This document shows, one piece after another, positions 1 through 8,571 of a DNA stretch of 64,000 nt. The DNA is from a virus. Taxonomy: Duplodnaviria; Caudoviricetes. Both the position numbers and the translations under genes were made by a program. The notes under the pieces are model-generated. The model did not search any database. It was not told the DNA's origin and was given only the letters and a program-made list of their open reading frames with translations. Every line of letters starts with the position of its first letter. The stretch's first letter is position 1. Location of the stretch: positions 6,597 through 70,596 of the IMG/VR virus record IMGVR_UViG_3300031993_000059; one strand, written 5' to 3'.

Positions 1-1
1 T

Positions 2-361
2 GTGATGCATTTGGTTCGTCACAATGTCGGTGTTTGCCACTTTGTGTCTACTCAACGCACGGATCGCACTGGAATAAATCGTGAAGAGCTGCCGCAAAAC
101 AACCTTATTGACTATGTGATGTATGCCAACGCCCAGGCATTAATCAATATAAGTCGCAAACGTCTATGTAATTGCGCAGCCAAAGAAACGAGAGAAGCAT
201 GGCAAATGGTCAAAGATGAAGTGGCCAAGGTTGAACCGGAACTTGCATCATGTATGGTGAGAGAGTGCGTATATAAAGGTCATTGCCCGGAGATGTTTGG
301 CTGCGGATTTGATAAGACTGACAAATTTCAAGAGGAGTTGAAGAAGTATCGTGATAACTGA
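2..361 (+). CDS. thyX: FAD-dependent thymidylate synthase, phage type (5'-truncated by window edge)
   Basis: HLVRH...STQRTDRTG...NAQALINISRKRLC...RECVYKGHCPE matches phage ThyX-like proteins; lies in a nucleotide-metabolism cluster; TGA stop. Confidence 0.8.
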   Translation: MMHLVRHNVGVCHFVSTQRTDRTGINREELPQNNLIDYVMYANAQALINISRKRLCNCAAKETREAWQMVKDEVAKVEPELASCMVRECVYKGHCPEMFGCGFDKTDKFQEELKKYRDN

Positions 362-635
362 TTTTAGTAGTCCAATGACATTTGGTGCTGATATTTCCAA
401 CACCAATATCGATTTTGAAGATATTCTTGGCGTTCGATATGCCGCACCATTTACTTTATATACAATTAAAGAAGTGCAATGTCGCAAACATCGCAAGAAA
501 CGAATCAATAAGAAATGGGCAAAGCGGTATGGATTTAGAACGGTTACTGAAAAGTTGTGTGATGTGAAAGATATCAAAGTACATAGCGAAAATGATGATG
601 GATTAGCTACGTACACGATGACAGGAGAATTGTAA
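351..635 (+). CDS. hypothetical protein
   Basis: 94-aa ORF overlapping both neighbours in a tightly packed operon; no recognisable motif. Confidence 0.6.
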   Translation: MITDFSSPMTFGADISNTNIDFEDILGVRYAAPFTLYTIKEVQCRKHRKKRINKKWAKRYGFRTVTEKLCDVKDIKVHSENDDGLATYTMTGEL

Positions 636-913
636 TGACTAGCTTATACGAAAGTAAAGACCCATTGGTATCTCATCCGAGTCATTATCAAAGCAAATCT
701 GGACTTGAAGTGATAGATGTTATCGAAGCTTTTACCGATGGATTAAACGGAATTGAGGCAACAGATACTGGCAATATCATCAAGTATGCTTGCCGTTGGA
801 AACATAAAAACGGTGTACAAGATCTTGAGAAAGTTATATGGTATGCAACCCATTTGATTAAGCACATTAATGATAAGAAACAGATAGATGACGCATTAGC
901 GTATACGGAGTAA
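635..913 (+). CDS. DUF3310 (SaV-like) phage protein
   Basis: VSHPSHY...EVIDVIE...GNIIKYACRWKHKNGVQDLEKVIWY is the DUF3310 signature. Confidence 0.85.
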   Translation: MTSLYESKDPLVSHPSHYQSKSGLEVIDVIEAFTDGLNGIEATDTGNIIKYACRWKHKNGVQDLEKVIWYATHLIKHINDKKQIDDALAYTE

Positions 914-916
914 TTT

Positions 917-1342
917 ATGAGAACATTATATATTTATCTTGCTGGAGCGTGTAAGAACGTACCAGATGAGGGGAAGATGTGGAGAGATCAAGCCACGAAA
1001 ATGATAGAGCAAGCGGCAGAATGGAAGGATTGTTCTGTTAAAGTGGTTAATCCACTTAGCTATTTCACTTATGCAGAAAACAAACAAAAATCGCATAGGC
1101 AAGTAAAAGCCTTTTATATGAATAAAATTAAAAAGTGCGATGTTGTTTTGTGCAATCTGAGCAACACGAATTTCAGTCCAGGCACTGCACAAGAACTACA
1201 GTTTGCCGTTGATAATCAGATACCAATTATAGGTTTTGACACGGATAATGCATATTCATGGTTGGTGGATGTTGATTGCGATGTGGTGTTTGAAAAAATC
1301 ACTGAGGCAGTTGATTACATCAGAGATTATTTTATGGAGTGA
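917..1342 (+). CDS. nucleoside 2-deoxyribosyltransferase-like protein
   Basis: IYLAG N-terminus, VVNP, CDVVLCNL...SPGTAQEL...PIIG pattern of the NDT family. Confidence 0.75.
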   Translation: MRTLYIYLAGACKNVPDEGKMWRDQATKMIEQAAEWKDCSVKVVNPLSYFTYAENKQKSHRQVKAFYMNKIKKCDVVLCNLSNTNFSPGTAQELQFAVDNQIPIIGFDTDNAYSWLVDVDCDVVFEKITEAVDYIRDYFME

Positions 1343-1611
1343 TTATGGATATATATTTAAATTTCCAATTTAGAGATGTTGAGGATGTTGTAAAAATTTT
1401 TGAGAAATATCAAGACTCATTCGATGTTGATCTTAAATTTGGACGATATGTAGTAGATGGATGTTCATATCTTGGTGCGTTTAGTCTCGCAAACCACATT
1501 GTAAAGGTTTGTCCAGTACCAGATACCAATGAAGAATTAAAAATTAGATTGTTAAAAGAGTTGAGACCTTATGGCGCATACACAGGAGAGGAGATTTATG
1601 GAGAGAGTTAA
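1339..1611 (+). CDS. HPr-family (PTS phosphocarrier-like) protein
   Basis: DVDLKFGRYVVDGCSYLGAFSL resembles the clostridial HPr-like motif DFDLxSGRYVIDAKSIMGIFSL; no His15-equivalent seen. Confidence 0.65.
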   Translation: MIMDIYLNFQFRDVEDVVKIFEKYQDSFDVDLKFGRYVVDGCSYLGAFSLANHIVKVCPVPDTNEELKIRLLKELRPYGAYTGEEIYGES

Positions 1612-2017
1612 AAGAGTTGACGGCAAGTATTTCAAGATTATCCCAGAAAACGGAACGGTCATTGGGAAAGCCAAAAAGCGTAGCTTAAGCAAAGAAACAT
1701 CTGCAATATTTACAGATGAAGAGTGGGAAGTTTTGCCATACTACGTTACCTTCGATGATAGGACTGATGAGGATTGTTATATTTACTCAAAAGCCATTTG
1801 TAGCAAAGATGATACATTCGATAAACAAAAAGGTATTGATATAGCAGCCGCAAAACTTGATCTTAAAGACCATCTTCGCATGGCGAGAAGATATTCTCGC
1901 GCCCTTCGGTATATGCAGTCAGCAATGAGGAAACTTGAAGATTTGATTAATAAGCATCTTAAGAAAGCTTATGCAATACGTAACGATTTAGATAAGTATT
2001 ATGGCGGGAGGAATTAA
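1598..2017 (+). CDS. hypothetical phage protein
   Basis: ATG at 1598 preceded by GGAGAGGAG; overlaps previous gene; TAA stop. Confidence 0.7.
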   Translation: MERVKRVDGKYFKIIPENGTVIGKAKKRSLSKETSAIFTDEEWEVLPYYVTFDDRTDEDCYIYSKAICSKDDTFDKQKGIDIAAAKLDLKDHLRMARRYSRALRYMQSAMRKLEDLINKHLKKAYAIRNDLDKYYGGRN

Positions 2018-2020
2018 GCG

Positions 2021-2227
2021 GTGGAAATAATTTTGTATTCAACTGGATGCCCAAAGTGCAAGTTATTAAAGAAGATTATGACAGAAAAAAATATTAAATA
2101 TACTGAGGTTACCTCGATAGATGAAATGCAAGCACTTGGGTTAACAGAAGCGCCTCAACTAAGTGTTGATGGTCAGTTTTATAAATTTAAAGATGCACTT
2201 ACGTGGGCAAGACAAAATGGAGGGTGA
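2021..2227 (+). CDS. nrdH: glutaredoxin / NrdH-like redoxin
   Basis: LYSTGCPKC (CxxC) and APQLSVDG; directly upstream of nrdD. Confidence 0.8.
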   Translation: MEIILYSTGCPKCKLLKKIMTEKNIKYTEVTSIDEMQALGLTEAPQLSVDGQFYKFKDALTWARQNGG

Positions 2228-2230
2228 TTT

Positions 2231-4213
2231 ATGGAAATTCAGCTGAAGCTTTCGAAAGATTTTGAGCGGTATCTTGAAGAGTTAAAGCAGACATACGGAG
2301 AGGATTTTGAGTATATTAACGGACTTCATGCCAGTCAGCTTGACTTCTCCGAATTTATTGATAATTTTGTTGGTCATGACACACTTGCAGATGCGAGTAT
2401 TGATCCAAACGCTAATGCTAATCATCGTGACATCCGCAGTTTTATGACGGAAAAAGCGAAGAGCGAAGATAAGTTGTTTGGATTAAATAAAATCTTTACA
2501 ACAATCAAGAAACAGTGGGGATTGAGAACGGCTAAACAGTGGCTTGAACAGGAGTTTAGCCGTGGATTCTATCTCAATGACAGCACCACTGCAAGCTACT
2601 TCCCATATTGTTGGGCAAATGATTTCACAAGATTGGCTAATGAAGGTCTTTTCTTCTTAAACCGTGATTGTGAAGTTTATGACCACGATACCGGAGAGAC
2701 ACATATTGAGAGGGCAATTTCGTATAACAATCAGCCTCCAAAGCACCTTACAACATATTTTGACGATGTTATTGAATTCGTTTCTTTCCTTAGCAATCGT
2801 CAATCCGGTGCCGTTGGTATGCCGAACATATTGATTTGGGCGTGGTATTTCTGGAAAAAAGATGTCGAAGATGGATATTACATGAAGGATCCTGACTATT
2901 ATCTTCGTCAGCAATTCCAGAAGATTATCTATAGATTAAATCAGCCGTTCCTCAGAATCGATCAGTCTGCATTTACCAATGTTTCAATTTTCGACAGACC
3001 GTATCTCGAATCTTTATTTGGTGGAGTAGAGTTTCCGGACGGCACATTGGCGATTGATCACATCGAAGATTTGATTGAATGCCAGAAGACATTTATGGAA
3101 GTGGTTAGCAAGGTTCGTGAAGAGAATATGTTTACATATCCTGTGCTGACATATTCATTGTTATATCAGGATGGGAAGTTTGTTGATGAACCATTCGCCA
3201 GATGGTGTTCCAACCACAATATGCGTTGGTCTGATAGCAACTTCTTCGTATCCGACAATGTAGGCGTTCTTTCTAACTGTTGTAGGCTTCTCTCTGATAC
3301 ACAAAAGCTTGATGCGTTCATTAACTCGATTGGTGGTACTGCGCTTTCTGTAGGCTCTTGCCGTGTAAGCACAATCAATCTGGTGAGAATTGCATACGAG
3401 AGCGAGTTCAACCAGAAGAAATACCTTCAGATTCTGAAGAAACGTGTACTGCTTGATTGCAAAGCCTTATATTCAATGCGCCATATTATCAAGCGCAATA
3501 TTGAGAAAGGACTTCTTCCCAACTATCAAGACGGTGCCGTTGAGTTAGACAAACAGTTCTGTACAATTGGCGGCATTGGAATGTACGAAGTGATGGATCT
3601 CTTTGGGCTGATCAACACGGATGAAGCTGGCTGCAAGAGTTACTCAGATGAAGCCGTTGAGTTCGCCACAAATATCCTTGATGTAATGAATGAAGTTAAG
3701 GATAACTTTGAGTGTGACTTCACGTACAATATCGAAATGATTCCGGCTGAAAACTGCGCCGGTGTGATTTGCCAGGCTGATAATCTCTTGTACGAGCAGA
3801 ACAAGTACTTCATTTACTCTAACCAGTGGATTCCGCTGATGGAGAAATGTACTATTCAAGAAAAGTGCAGATTGGGTTCGCTGTTTGACAAGAAGTGTGG
3901 CGGTGGATGCATTGCTCACATCAATATTGAGAACAGATTCCCCAACGAAGAAACTGCTTGGGATATGCTCAACTACGTGGCTTCACAGGGCGTTATCTAC
4001 TTCGCATTTACAACAAAGATTAGTGTGTGCAAGAACAAACACGCATTCATTAGTGAGAAAAATTGCCCAGTTTGCGGCGAGCCAGTAGCAGATACATATG
4101 CAAGAGTTGTTGGGTTTTACACACCTATTAGCAGTTACCAGAAGATTAGAAAAAGGGAGTTCGATAGGCGAAGATGGATGAACGTGCTGCTAAAGGATGG
4201 GATAATGCAATGA
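2231..4213 (+). CDS. nrdD: anaerobic (class III) ribonucleoside-triphosphate reductase
   Basis: 660 aa; SNCCRL, IPAEN, C-terminal CKNKH...CPVCG zinc site and glycyl-radical motif RVVGFYTP; no N-terminal ATP cone evident. Confidence 0.93.
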   Translation: MEIQLKLSKDFERYLEELKQTYGEDFEYINGLHASQLDFSEFIDNFVGHDTLADASIDPNANANHRDIRSFMTEKAKSEDKLFGLNKIFTTIKKQWGLRTAKQWLEQEFSRGFYLNDSTTASYFPYCWANDFTRLANEGLFFLNRDCEVYDHDTGETHIERAISYNNQPPKHLTTYFDDVIEFVSFLSNRQSGAVGMPNILIWAWYFWKKDVEDGYYMKDPDYYLRQQFQKIIYRLNQPFLRIDQSAFTNVSIFDRPYLESLFGGVEFPDGTLAIDHIEDLIECQKTFMEVVSKVREENMFTYPVLTYSLLYQDGKFVDEPFARWCSNHNMRWSDSNFFVSDNVGVLSNCCRLLSDTQKLDAFINSIGGTALSVGSCRVSTINLVRIAYESEFNQKKYLQILKKRVLLDCKALYSMRHIIKRNIEKGLLPNYQDGAVELDKQFCTIGGIGMYEVMDLFGLINTDEAGCKSYSDEAVEFATNILDVMNEVKDNFECDFTYNIEMIPAENCAGVICQADNLLYEQNKYFIYSNQWIPLMEKCTIQEKCRLGSLFDKKCGGGCIAHINIENRFPNEETAWDMLNYVASQGVIYFAFTTKISVCKNKHAFISEKNCPVCGEPVADTYARVVGFYTPISSYQKIRKREFDRRRWMNVLLKDGIMQ

Positions 4214-4731
4214 TTGAGAAATCGGCACTAGATAAGCCATACGAAAATATTATTGTGCTTAAAGGTATTATTGATGAGGACTTTGTTAATTACAGAGTCC
4301 CATCAATGACATTAATGTTCCCGATGTGTAGTTTTAAATGCGAAAAAGAATTTGGCAAAAAAATCTGCCAAAACTCTGAATTGGCTAAGGCTAAAAATAT
4401 TGGAATCGATGTTGATAATTTATGTAAAAGATATTTAAGAAACCCAATTTCAAAGTCTATTGTATGTCAAGGACTTGAGCCATTTGATAGTTTCATGGAT
4501 TTATACATATTTATATCAACGCTTAGAAAAGATTATAATTGCCTAGACCCAATTGTAATTTATACTGGATACACAAAAGAAGAAATTAAATTATCAATAA
4601 AAGAGTTGCAGAAATTCCAGAATATAATAATCAAATTTGGGAGATTTATTCCGAATCAAGATAAATACTTTGATGCAGTACTTGGAGTATTTTTAACGTC
4701 GCCAAACCAATATGCGGAGAAAATATCATGA
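4210..4731 (+). CDS. nrdG: anaerobic RNR activating protein (radical SAM)
   Basis: ATGA overlap with nrdD stop; CSFKC...ICQN cluster motif, GLEPF, IVIYTGY, IIIKFGRF, SPNQYA. Confidence 0.88.
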   Translation: MIEKSALDKPYENIIVLKGIIDEDFVNYRVPSMTLMFPMCSFKCEKEFGKKICQNSELAKAKNIGIDVDNLCKRYLRNPISKSIVCQGLEPFDSFMDLYIFISTLRKDYNCLDPIVIYTGYTKEEIKLSIKELQKFQNIIIKFGRFIPNQDKYFDAVLGVFLTSPNQYAEKIS

Positions 4732-4955
4732 CAATGATTATCTGTGGCAAAGATTGCGAGAACTGCGTACACTGCACAACTATTGATGATGAGAATCCAG
4801 CAAGGATAAAAGTTTACTGTGATTACTCAGATAAGTGGCGTTGGTATGGTGTGTGTATACCATGTGAGAATAGAGAGGTAAGAAAAGACAATGAACATAT
4901 ATATAAAGAAACACAATCCGAGGTTGATAACGCCGGAACAAGTGCCGGGGAGTGA
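4728..4955 (+). CDS. small Cys-rich hypothetical protein
   Basis: ATGA overlap with nrdG; CxxCxxC motif; 3' end overlaps dut by 65 nt. Confidence 0.55.
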   Translation: MTMIICGKDCENCVHCTTIDDENPARIKVYCDYSDKWRWYGVCIPCENREVRKDNEHIYKETQSEVDNAGTSAGE

Positions 4956-5346
4956 TTGGATAGACTTACGTGCTGCCGAAGATGTTTGGATACCAGAAGG
5001 TGAATCAGCATTAATCGACCTTGGCATATCAGTAGAATTGCCAGAAGGTTATGAAGCTCACGTAGTGCCTAGAAGTAGCACATTTAAGCATTACGGATTA
5101 ATCCAGACAAACCATGTAGGGATAATTGATAACTCGTATTGTTCTAACGAAGATAGGTGGAAGTGGGCTGTGTTCTGTTTGCAAGGAAGAGATTTTATTG
5201 ATGGCAGAAAAGGCACAATGGTTCATCTTAATGATCGTGTCTGCCAGTTTAGAGTTGTTGAGAATCAGCCAAAAATTAAATTTGTTGAAATCGAAAGCCT
5301 ATACGGAATGAAACGAGGCGGTTTTGGGAGCACAGGAATATTATGA
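4891..5346 (+). CDS. dut: dUTP diphosphatase (trimeric dUTPase)
   Basis: WIDLRA, VPRSS, GIIDNSY, DRVCQF, RGGFGSTG motifs. Confidence 0.95.
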   Translation: MNIYIKKHNPRLITPEQVPGSDWIDLRAAEDVWIPEGESALIDLGISVELPEGYEAHVVPRSSTFKHYGLIQTNHVGIIDNSYCSNEDRWKWAVFCLQGRDFIDGRKGTMVHLNDRVCQFRVVENQPKIKFVEIESLYGMKRGGFGSTGIL

Positions 5347-5651
5347 CAGAAGAGCAAAAGAAATTAGCCGAAGCGTTAATTAAACGAATTAATGAGCGGA
5401 TGAAAAATGACGAGGATTTTGAAGAGGCAAGGTACACATGGTACGGTTGGAATTGGATTGAAGTATCTGGATCGCTGAAGCAAGTGCCTGGGTACAAATT
5501 CATAGAATGTCAAGTGCCATTCGATCTCTTAAAAAACATTGAACAAAATGCAGACAAATTTATCGAACACTGGAAGGAAGTAACGTCCCCAGAAAGTATC
5601 AAAGGTTTTGCGAAGTTTATATCAGACGGTGAGAAATGGGGATGGGACTAA
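5343..5651 (+). CDS. hypothetical protein
   Basis: ATGA overlap with dut; 102 aa; TAA stop. Confidence 0.65.
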   Translation: MTEEQKKLAEALIKRINERMKNDEDFEEARYTWYGWNWIEVSGSLKQVPGYKFIECQVPFDLLKNIEQNADKFIEHWKEVTSPESIKGFAKFISDGEKWGWD

Positions 5652-5660
5652 ATAGCGTAA

Positions 5661-5759
5661 AAACTCCCACTATCCACCACCCTCCTATCCACCCTGTGGG
5701 AGTTTGCCATAAATAGGGCTTGAAAACTAGAGTCACAGCGGCTGGGAAACTGGCCGCTG
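5661..5759 (+). terminator. two hairpins between the early operon and int
   Basis: AAACTCCCAC(5661-5670)...GTGGGAGTTT(5696-5705) inverted repeat, and CAGCGGCTGG-GAAA-CTGGCCGCTG (5736-5759) with a GNRA loop just before the int RBS; no long U-tract. Confidence 0.4.
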
Positions 5760-5772
5760 ATTTAATAAGGAG

Positions 5773-7047
5773 ATGATAGACATAAACGATATTTTACAAT
5801 ATGCACTAGACAATGGTATAATCGACCTGCAATATATCCAGCATCAGATTGATATGGATAAAAGGAAGAAGATACTAGAAAGACATCCATACGGCATTAC
5901 TTATAACCAAAAGAGAGGGCGGTGGTTTACAAGATTTGATGGTGACAATGGTATAGTCCAAAGACATCGTGCTACGAAAGAAGAACTTGAGGATGTTATA
6001 GTTGAATACTACGAAAGAGGAGAGCGTTTCAACGACAACGAAGTATACACTTTCTCCCAGGCTCATGACAGATGGTTGGAGATGCAAGAAGAATACGGCA
6101 GAAATCCAAATACCATATATAAGTATGAGGCGGATTGGAGAAGATTCTTCGCTGGCAGAAAGTTCTCAAAAATGAACATCCTAACAATGACTCCGCATGA
6201 GATTGAAGTCTTTGTGATAAATTCAATCAAAGAATTTAATCTAAAGAGACAAGCTGGTGTAGACTTGTTTGGATGTATCAAGGGCGTATTTCGTAGTGCA
6301 GTGATGGATCGAAGGATATTAAAAGATGAGAATCCATGCGATTTGGTTGACATAAAGAAATTTGATAGATTCTATAATAAAACAAGAAAGCCGAAAGCAT
6401 ATAGAACGCTATCAAATGAAGAGGTTGGCAAGCTGATAAACAGATTAAATAAAGATGTGACAGAAAGACCAACTTGTTTGTCGCCATACGGAGTAAGACT
6501 TGCATTGTTAACTGGTATGCGTAGCGGAGAAATATGTGGATTGAGATGGGATAACATCGAAAACAATTCCATATATGTTTGTGAATCAGAAAAGTATAAC
6601 CAAATCACGAAAGAGTATTACATGGCAGATACCAAAACAGAAAAGGATAGAACTATACCAATAACAGATGGTTTACGTGATTTTCTGGATGATATGAAGA
6701 AGCTACAAGGTCAATATGGCTGCACCGAAGATTTTGTTATATCAACCAACTCTGGGAAATTACACACAAGAAATCTGTCAGACTATATGATTAAGGCATC
6801 GAAGAAACTTGGATTCCCAATATCTAAAAACATTCACACCATCAGAAGAACTTTTAACTCTTATATGAGAGGAAGTGGCACATCGGCAGTAATAGCTGGG
6901 AGCATCATTGGTAATACCGCAGAAGTTAACGACAACCATTACACATACGACATACTAGATACGGAAACAAAGCAAAAATTAGTAACGGATGTGGAAGATA
7001 AAATGCTTGCGAATTTTAAGTTTAAATTAGGCACACAAAGCACATAA
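5773..7047 (+). CDS. int: tyrosine recombinase / phage integrase
   Basis: LLTGMRSGEICGLRWDNI (Arg I), HTIRRTFNS (HxxR), NDNHYTY (catalytic Tyr); 424 aa. Confidence 0.93.
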   Translation: MIDINDILQYALDNGIIDLQYIQHQIDMDKRKKILERHPYGITYNQKRGRWFTRFDGDNGIVQRHRATKEELEDVIVEYYERGERFNDNEVYTFSQAHDRWLEMQEEYGRNPNTIYKYEADWRRFFAGRKFSKMNILTMTPHEIEVFVINSIKEFNLKRQAGVDLFGCIKGVFRSAVMDRRILKDENPCDLVDIKKFDRFYNKTRKPKAYRTLSNEEVGKLINRLNKDVTERPTCLSPYGVRLALLTGMRSGEICGLRWDNIENNSIYVCESEKYNQITKEYYMADTKTEKDRTIPITDGLRDFLDDMKKLQGQYGCTEDFVISTNSGKLHTRNLSDYMIKASKKLGFPISKNIHTIRRTFNSYMRGSGTSAVIAGSIIGNTAEVNDNHYTYDILDTETKQKLVTDVEDKMLANFKFKLGTQST

Positions 7048-7142
7048 GAAAACGTGTCAACTGTGCGGAAAATCTTACTTCAAGTCCCATCTTCCGCATG
7101 TAAAATCAAGGGTTTCTGAGCGTAGGCACACAAAAAGCACAC
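7028..7142 (+). other. attP: attP site; core matches the T-loop and 3' acceptor strand of a tRNA-Leu
   Basis: TTCAAGTCCCATCTTCCGCA (7079-7098) = T-loop + 3' T-stem + 3' acceptor strand + discriminator, as in clostridial tRNA-Leu; TGCGGAA (7064-7070) / TTCCGCA (7092-7098) inverted repeat; arm-type direct repeats TAGGCACACAAA..GCACA at 7028-7044 and 7123-7141. Confidence 0.8.
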
Positions 7143-7171
7143 GGAAAGGAACGCTGGATATATTGCCAATG

Positions 7172-7203
7172 ATGATGTCATGACCCAAATGGCATCATTT
7201 TTT
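7172..7203 (+). terminator. rho-independent terminator downstream of int/attP
   Basis: ATGATGTCAT-gacccaa-ATGGCATCAT stem followed by a T-run. Confidence 0.7.
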
Positions 7204-7307
7204 GTTGTTTCAATAACGTAAAAATATATCAATAACTCCATAATTGTTATCGACATATTTTTAGGTTACTGAAACTTCCGTCTAAAATTTCGACAAAACT
7301 GAGGCGT

Positions 7308-7342
7308 AAAAAATGGGGACTACCATTATCAGGTAATCCCCA
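7308..7342 (-). terminator. rho-independent terminator closing the - strand late transcript
   Basis: Minus strand reads TGGGGATTACC-tgataat-GGTAGTCCCCA then a T-run. Confidence 0.7.
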
Positions 7343-7424
7343 CTAGATAAAATAGGTGGGTTGACAGTTCCCACATCTCTTCAAGACCATTAAGGCGTGA
7401 CGGCTGCCTGTTCCGTCCTCTATT

Positions 7425-8564
7425 TCATCTCAATAATTCCAAAACGGTTTTTAACATTTCGACCGTATAATCTATATCTTCCATCATCGTATATTGACTA
7501 AGAGTGAATCTTAGCGTACTCTGCGCTTCATCCTTGGTTAATCCAATTGCCATAAGCACATGGCTAGGATCCGGATCGCCATTATTGCAAGCCGAACCAG
7601 CGGAGCAATACACACCCATCTCAGCAAGAAGAGCAACAGTACTTTGCGCTCCAATCTTGTCAAATGAGAAGCTGACATTATTTGGCAGTCTATTAATCAA
7701 ACTACCGTTAAGTTTAACTCCAGAAAATTCGTTGATAACTCGCTCGATGAAGTGATCCCTTAGTGAAGCGATATATTGACCAGAGTTTAACGTATCGTTA
7801 GCAATCTTGGCCGCAACTCCCATGCCAACAATTCCAGGTACATTCTCAGTTCCGGCACGAAGTCCTCTTTCTTGTCCACCACCATGAATTAACGGTGGAA
7901 GATTAACTCCATTTTTCATGTAAAGGAATCCCACGCCTTTTGGGCCGTGAAACTTGTGACCAGAAGCGGAGAGCAGTGATACGTGCAAATCTTCGACATT
8001 CATTTTGATATGCCCATATGCTTGCACCGCATCAGTATGGAATAAAACTCCATGTTCCTCACAGATTTTGCCGATTTCAGCTATGGGTTGCAGTGTACCA
8101 ATCTCATTATTAGCCGTCATGACTGACACAAGAATCGTATCATCTCTAATCAACGCTTCGATGTCTGCCGGAATAATATATCCTCTTTCGTCTGGTTGGA
8201 CATAATCAACTTCAAAGCCTTGGCGCTCAAGCCATTTACTCGACTTTAGTATAGCCTTATGCTCGATTGCGGTTGTAATAATGTGCTTGCCGTAGCTTTC
8301 TAACTTCTGTGCCACGCCTTTGATCACCCAGTTATCACTCTCAGATCCGCCAGATGTAAAATAAATCTCGGATGGTAAGCATCCAAGCGTCTGCGCTATT
8401 TTTTCTCTCGCTTCATTGATTTGCGTTCTTGCTATGTCACCATAGCGATACATTGATGATGGATTGCCGTAGTTGTTTTTGAGACACAAAGTCATTGCCT
8501 CAATTACCTCTGGATGTACTGCGGTTGTGGCAGCATTATCCAGATATACCTCTCGTTTTTCCAT
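7425..8564 (-). CDS. iscS: cysteine desulfurase (NifS/IscS class I)
   Basis: YLDNAATT, FTSGGSES, HTDAVQ, SGHKFHGPKG (PLP Lys), RAGTENV, SAGSAC (catalytic Cys); TGA stop; no in-frame TAG. Confidence 0.95.
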   Translation of the reverse strand: MEKREVYLDNAATTAVHPEVIEAMTLCLKNNYGNPSSMYRYGDIARTQINEAREKIAQTLGCLPSEIYFTSGGSESDNWVIKGVAQKLESYGKHIITTAIEHKAILKSSKWLERQGFEVDYVQPDERGYIIPADIEALIRDDTILVSVMTANNEIGTLQPIAEIGKICEEHGVLFHTDAVQAYGHIKMNVEDLHVSLLSASGHKFHGPKGVGFLYMKNGVNLPPLIHGGGQERGLRAGTENVPGIVGMGVAAKIANDTLNSGQYIASLRDHFIERVINEFSGVKLNGSLINRLPNNVSFSFDKIGAQSTVALLAEMGVYCSAGSACNNGDPDPSHVLMAIGLTKDEAQSTLRFTLSQYTMMEDIDYTVEMLKTVLELLR

Positions 8565-8571
8565 CGTTAAA

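Noticed and set aside
2640-2740. Intein or intron in nrdD (extra segment DCEVYDHDTGETHIERAISY)
   Set aside because: Only about 20 residues, with no splicing motifs or endonuclease; a small loop insertion.
7064-7098. tRNA gene next to int
   Set aside because: Only the T-loop and 3' acceptor strand are present; interpreted as the attP core.
7100-7424. Prophage/host boundary
   Set aside because: Both flanks of the att core are phage-like, and iscS is contiguous with the recoded lysis gene; no run of host housekeeping genes.
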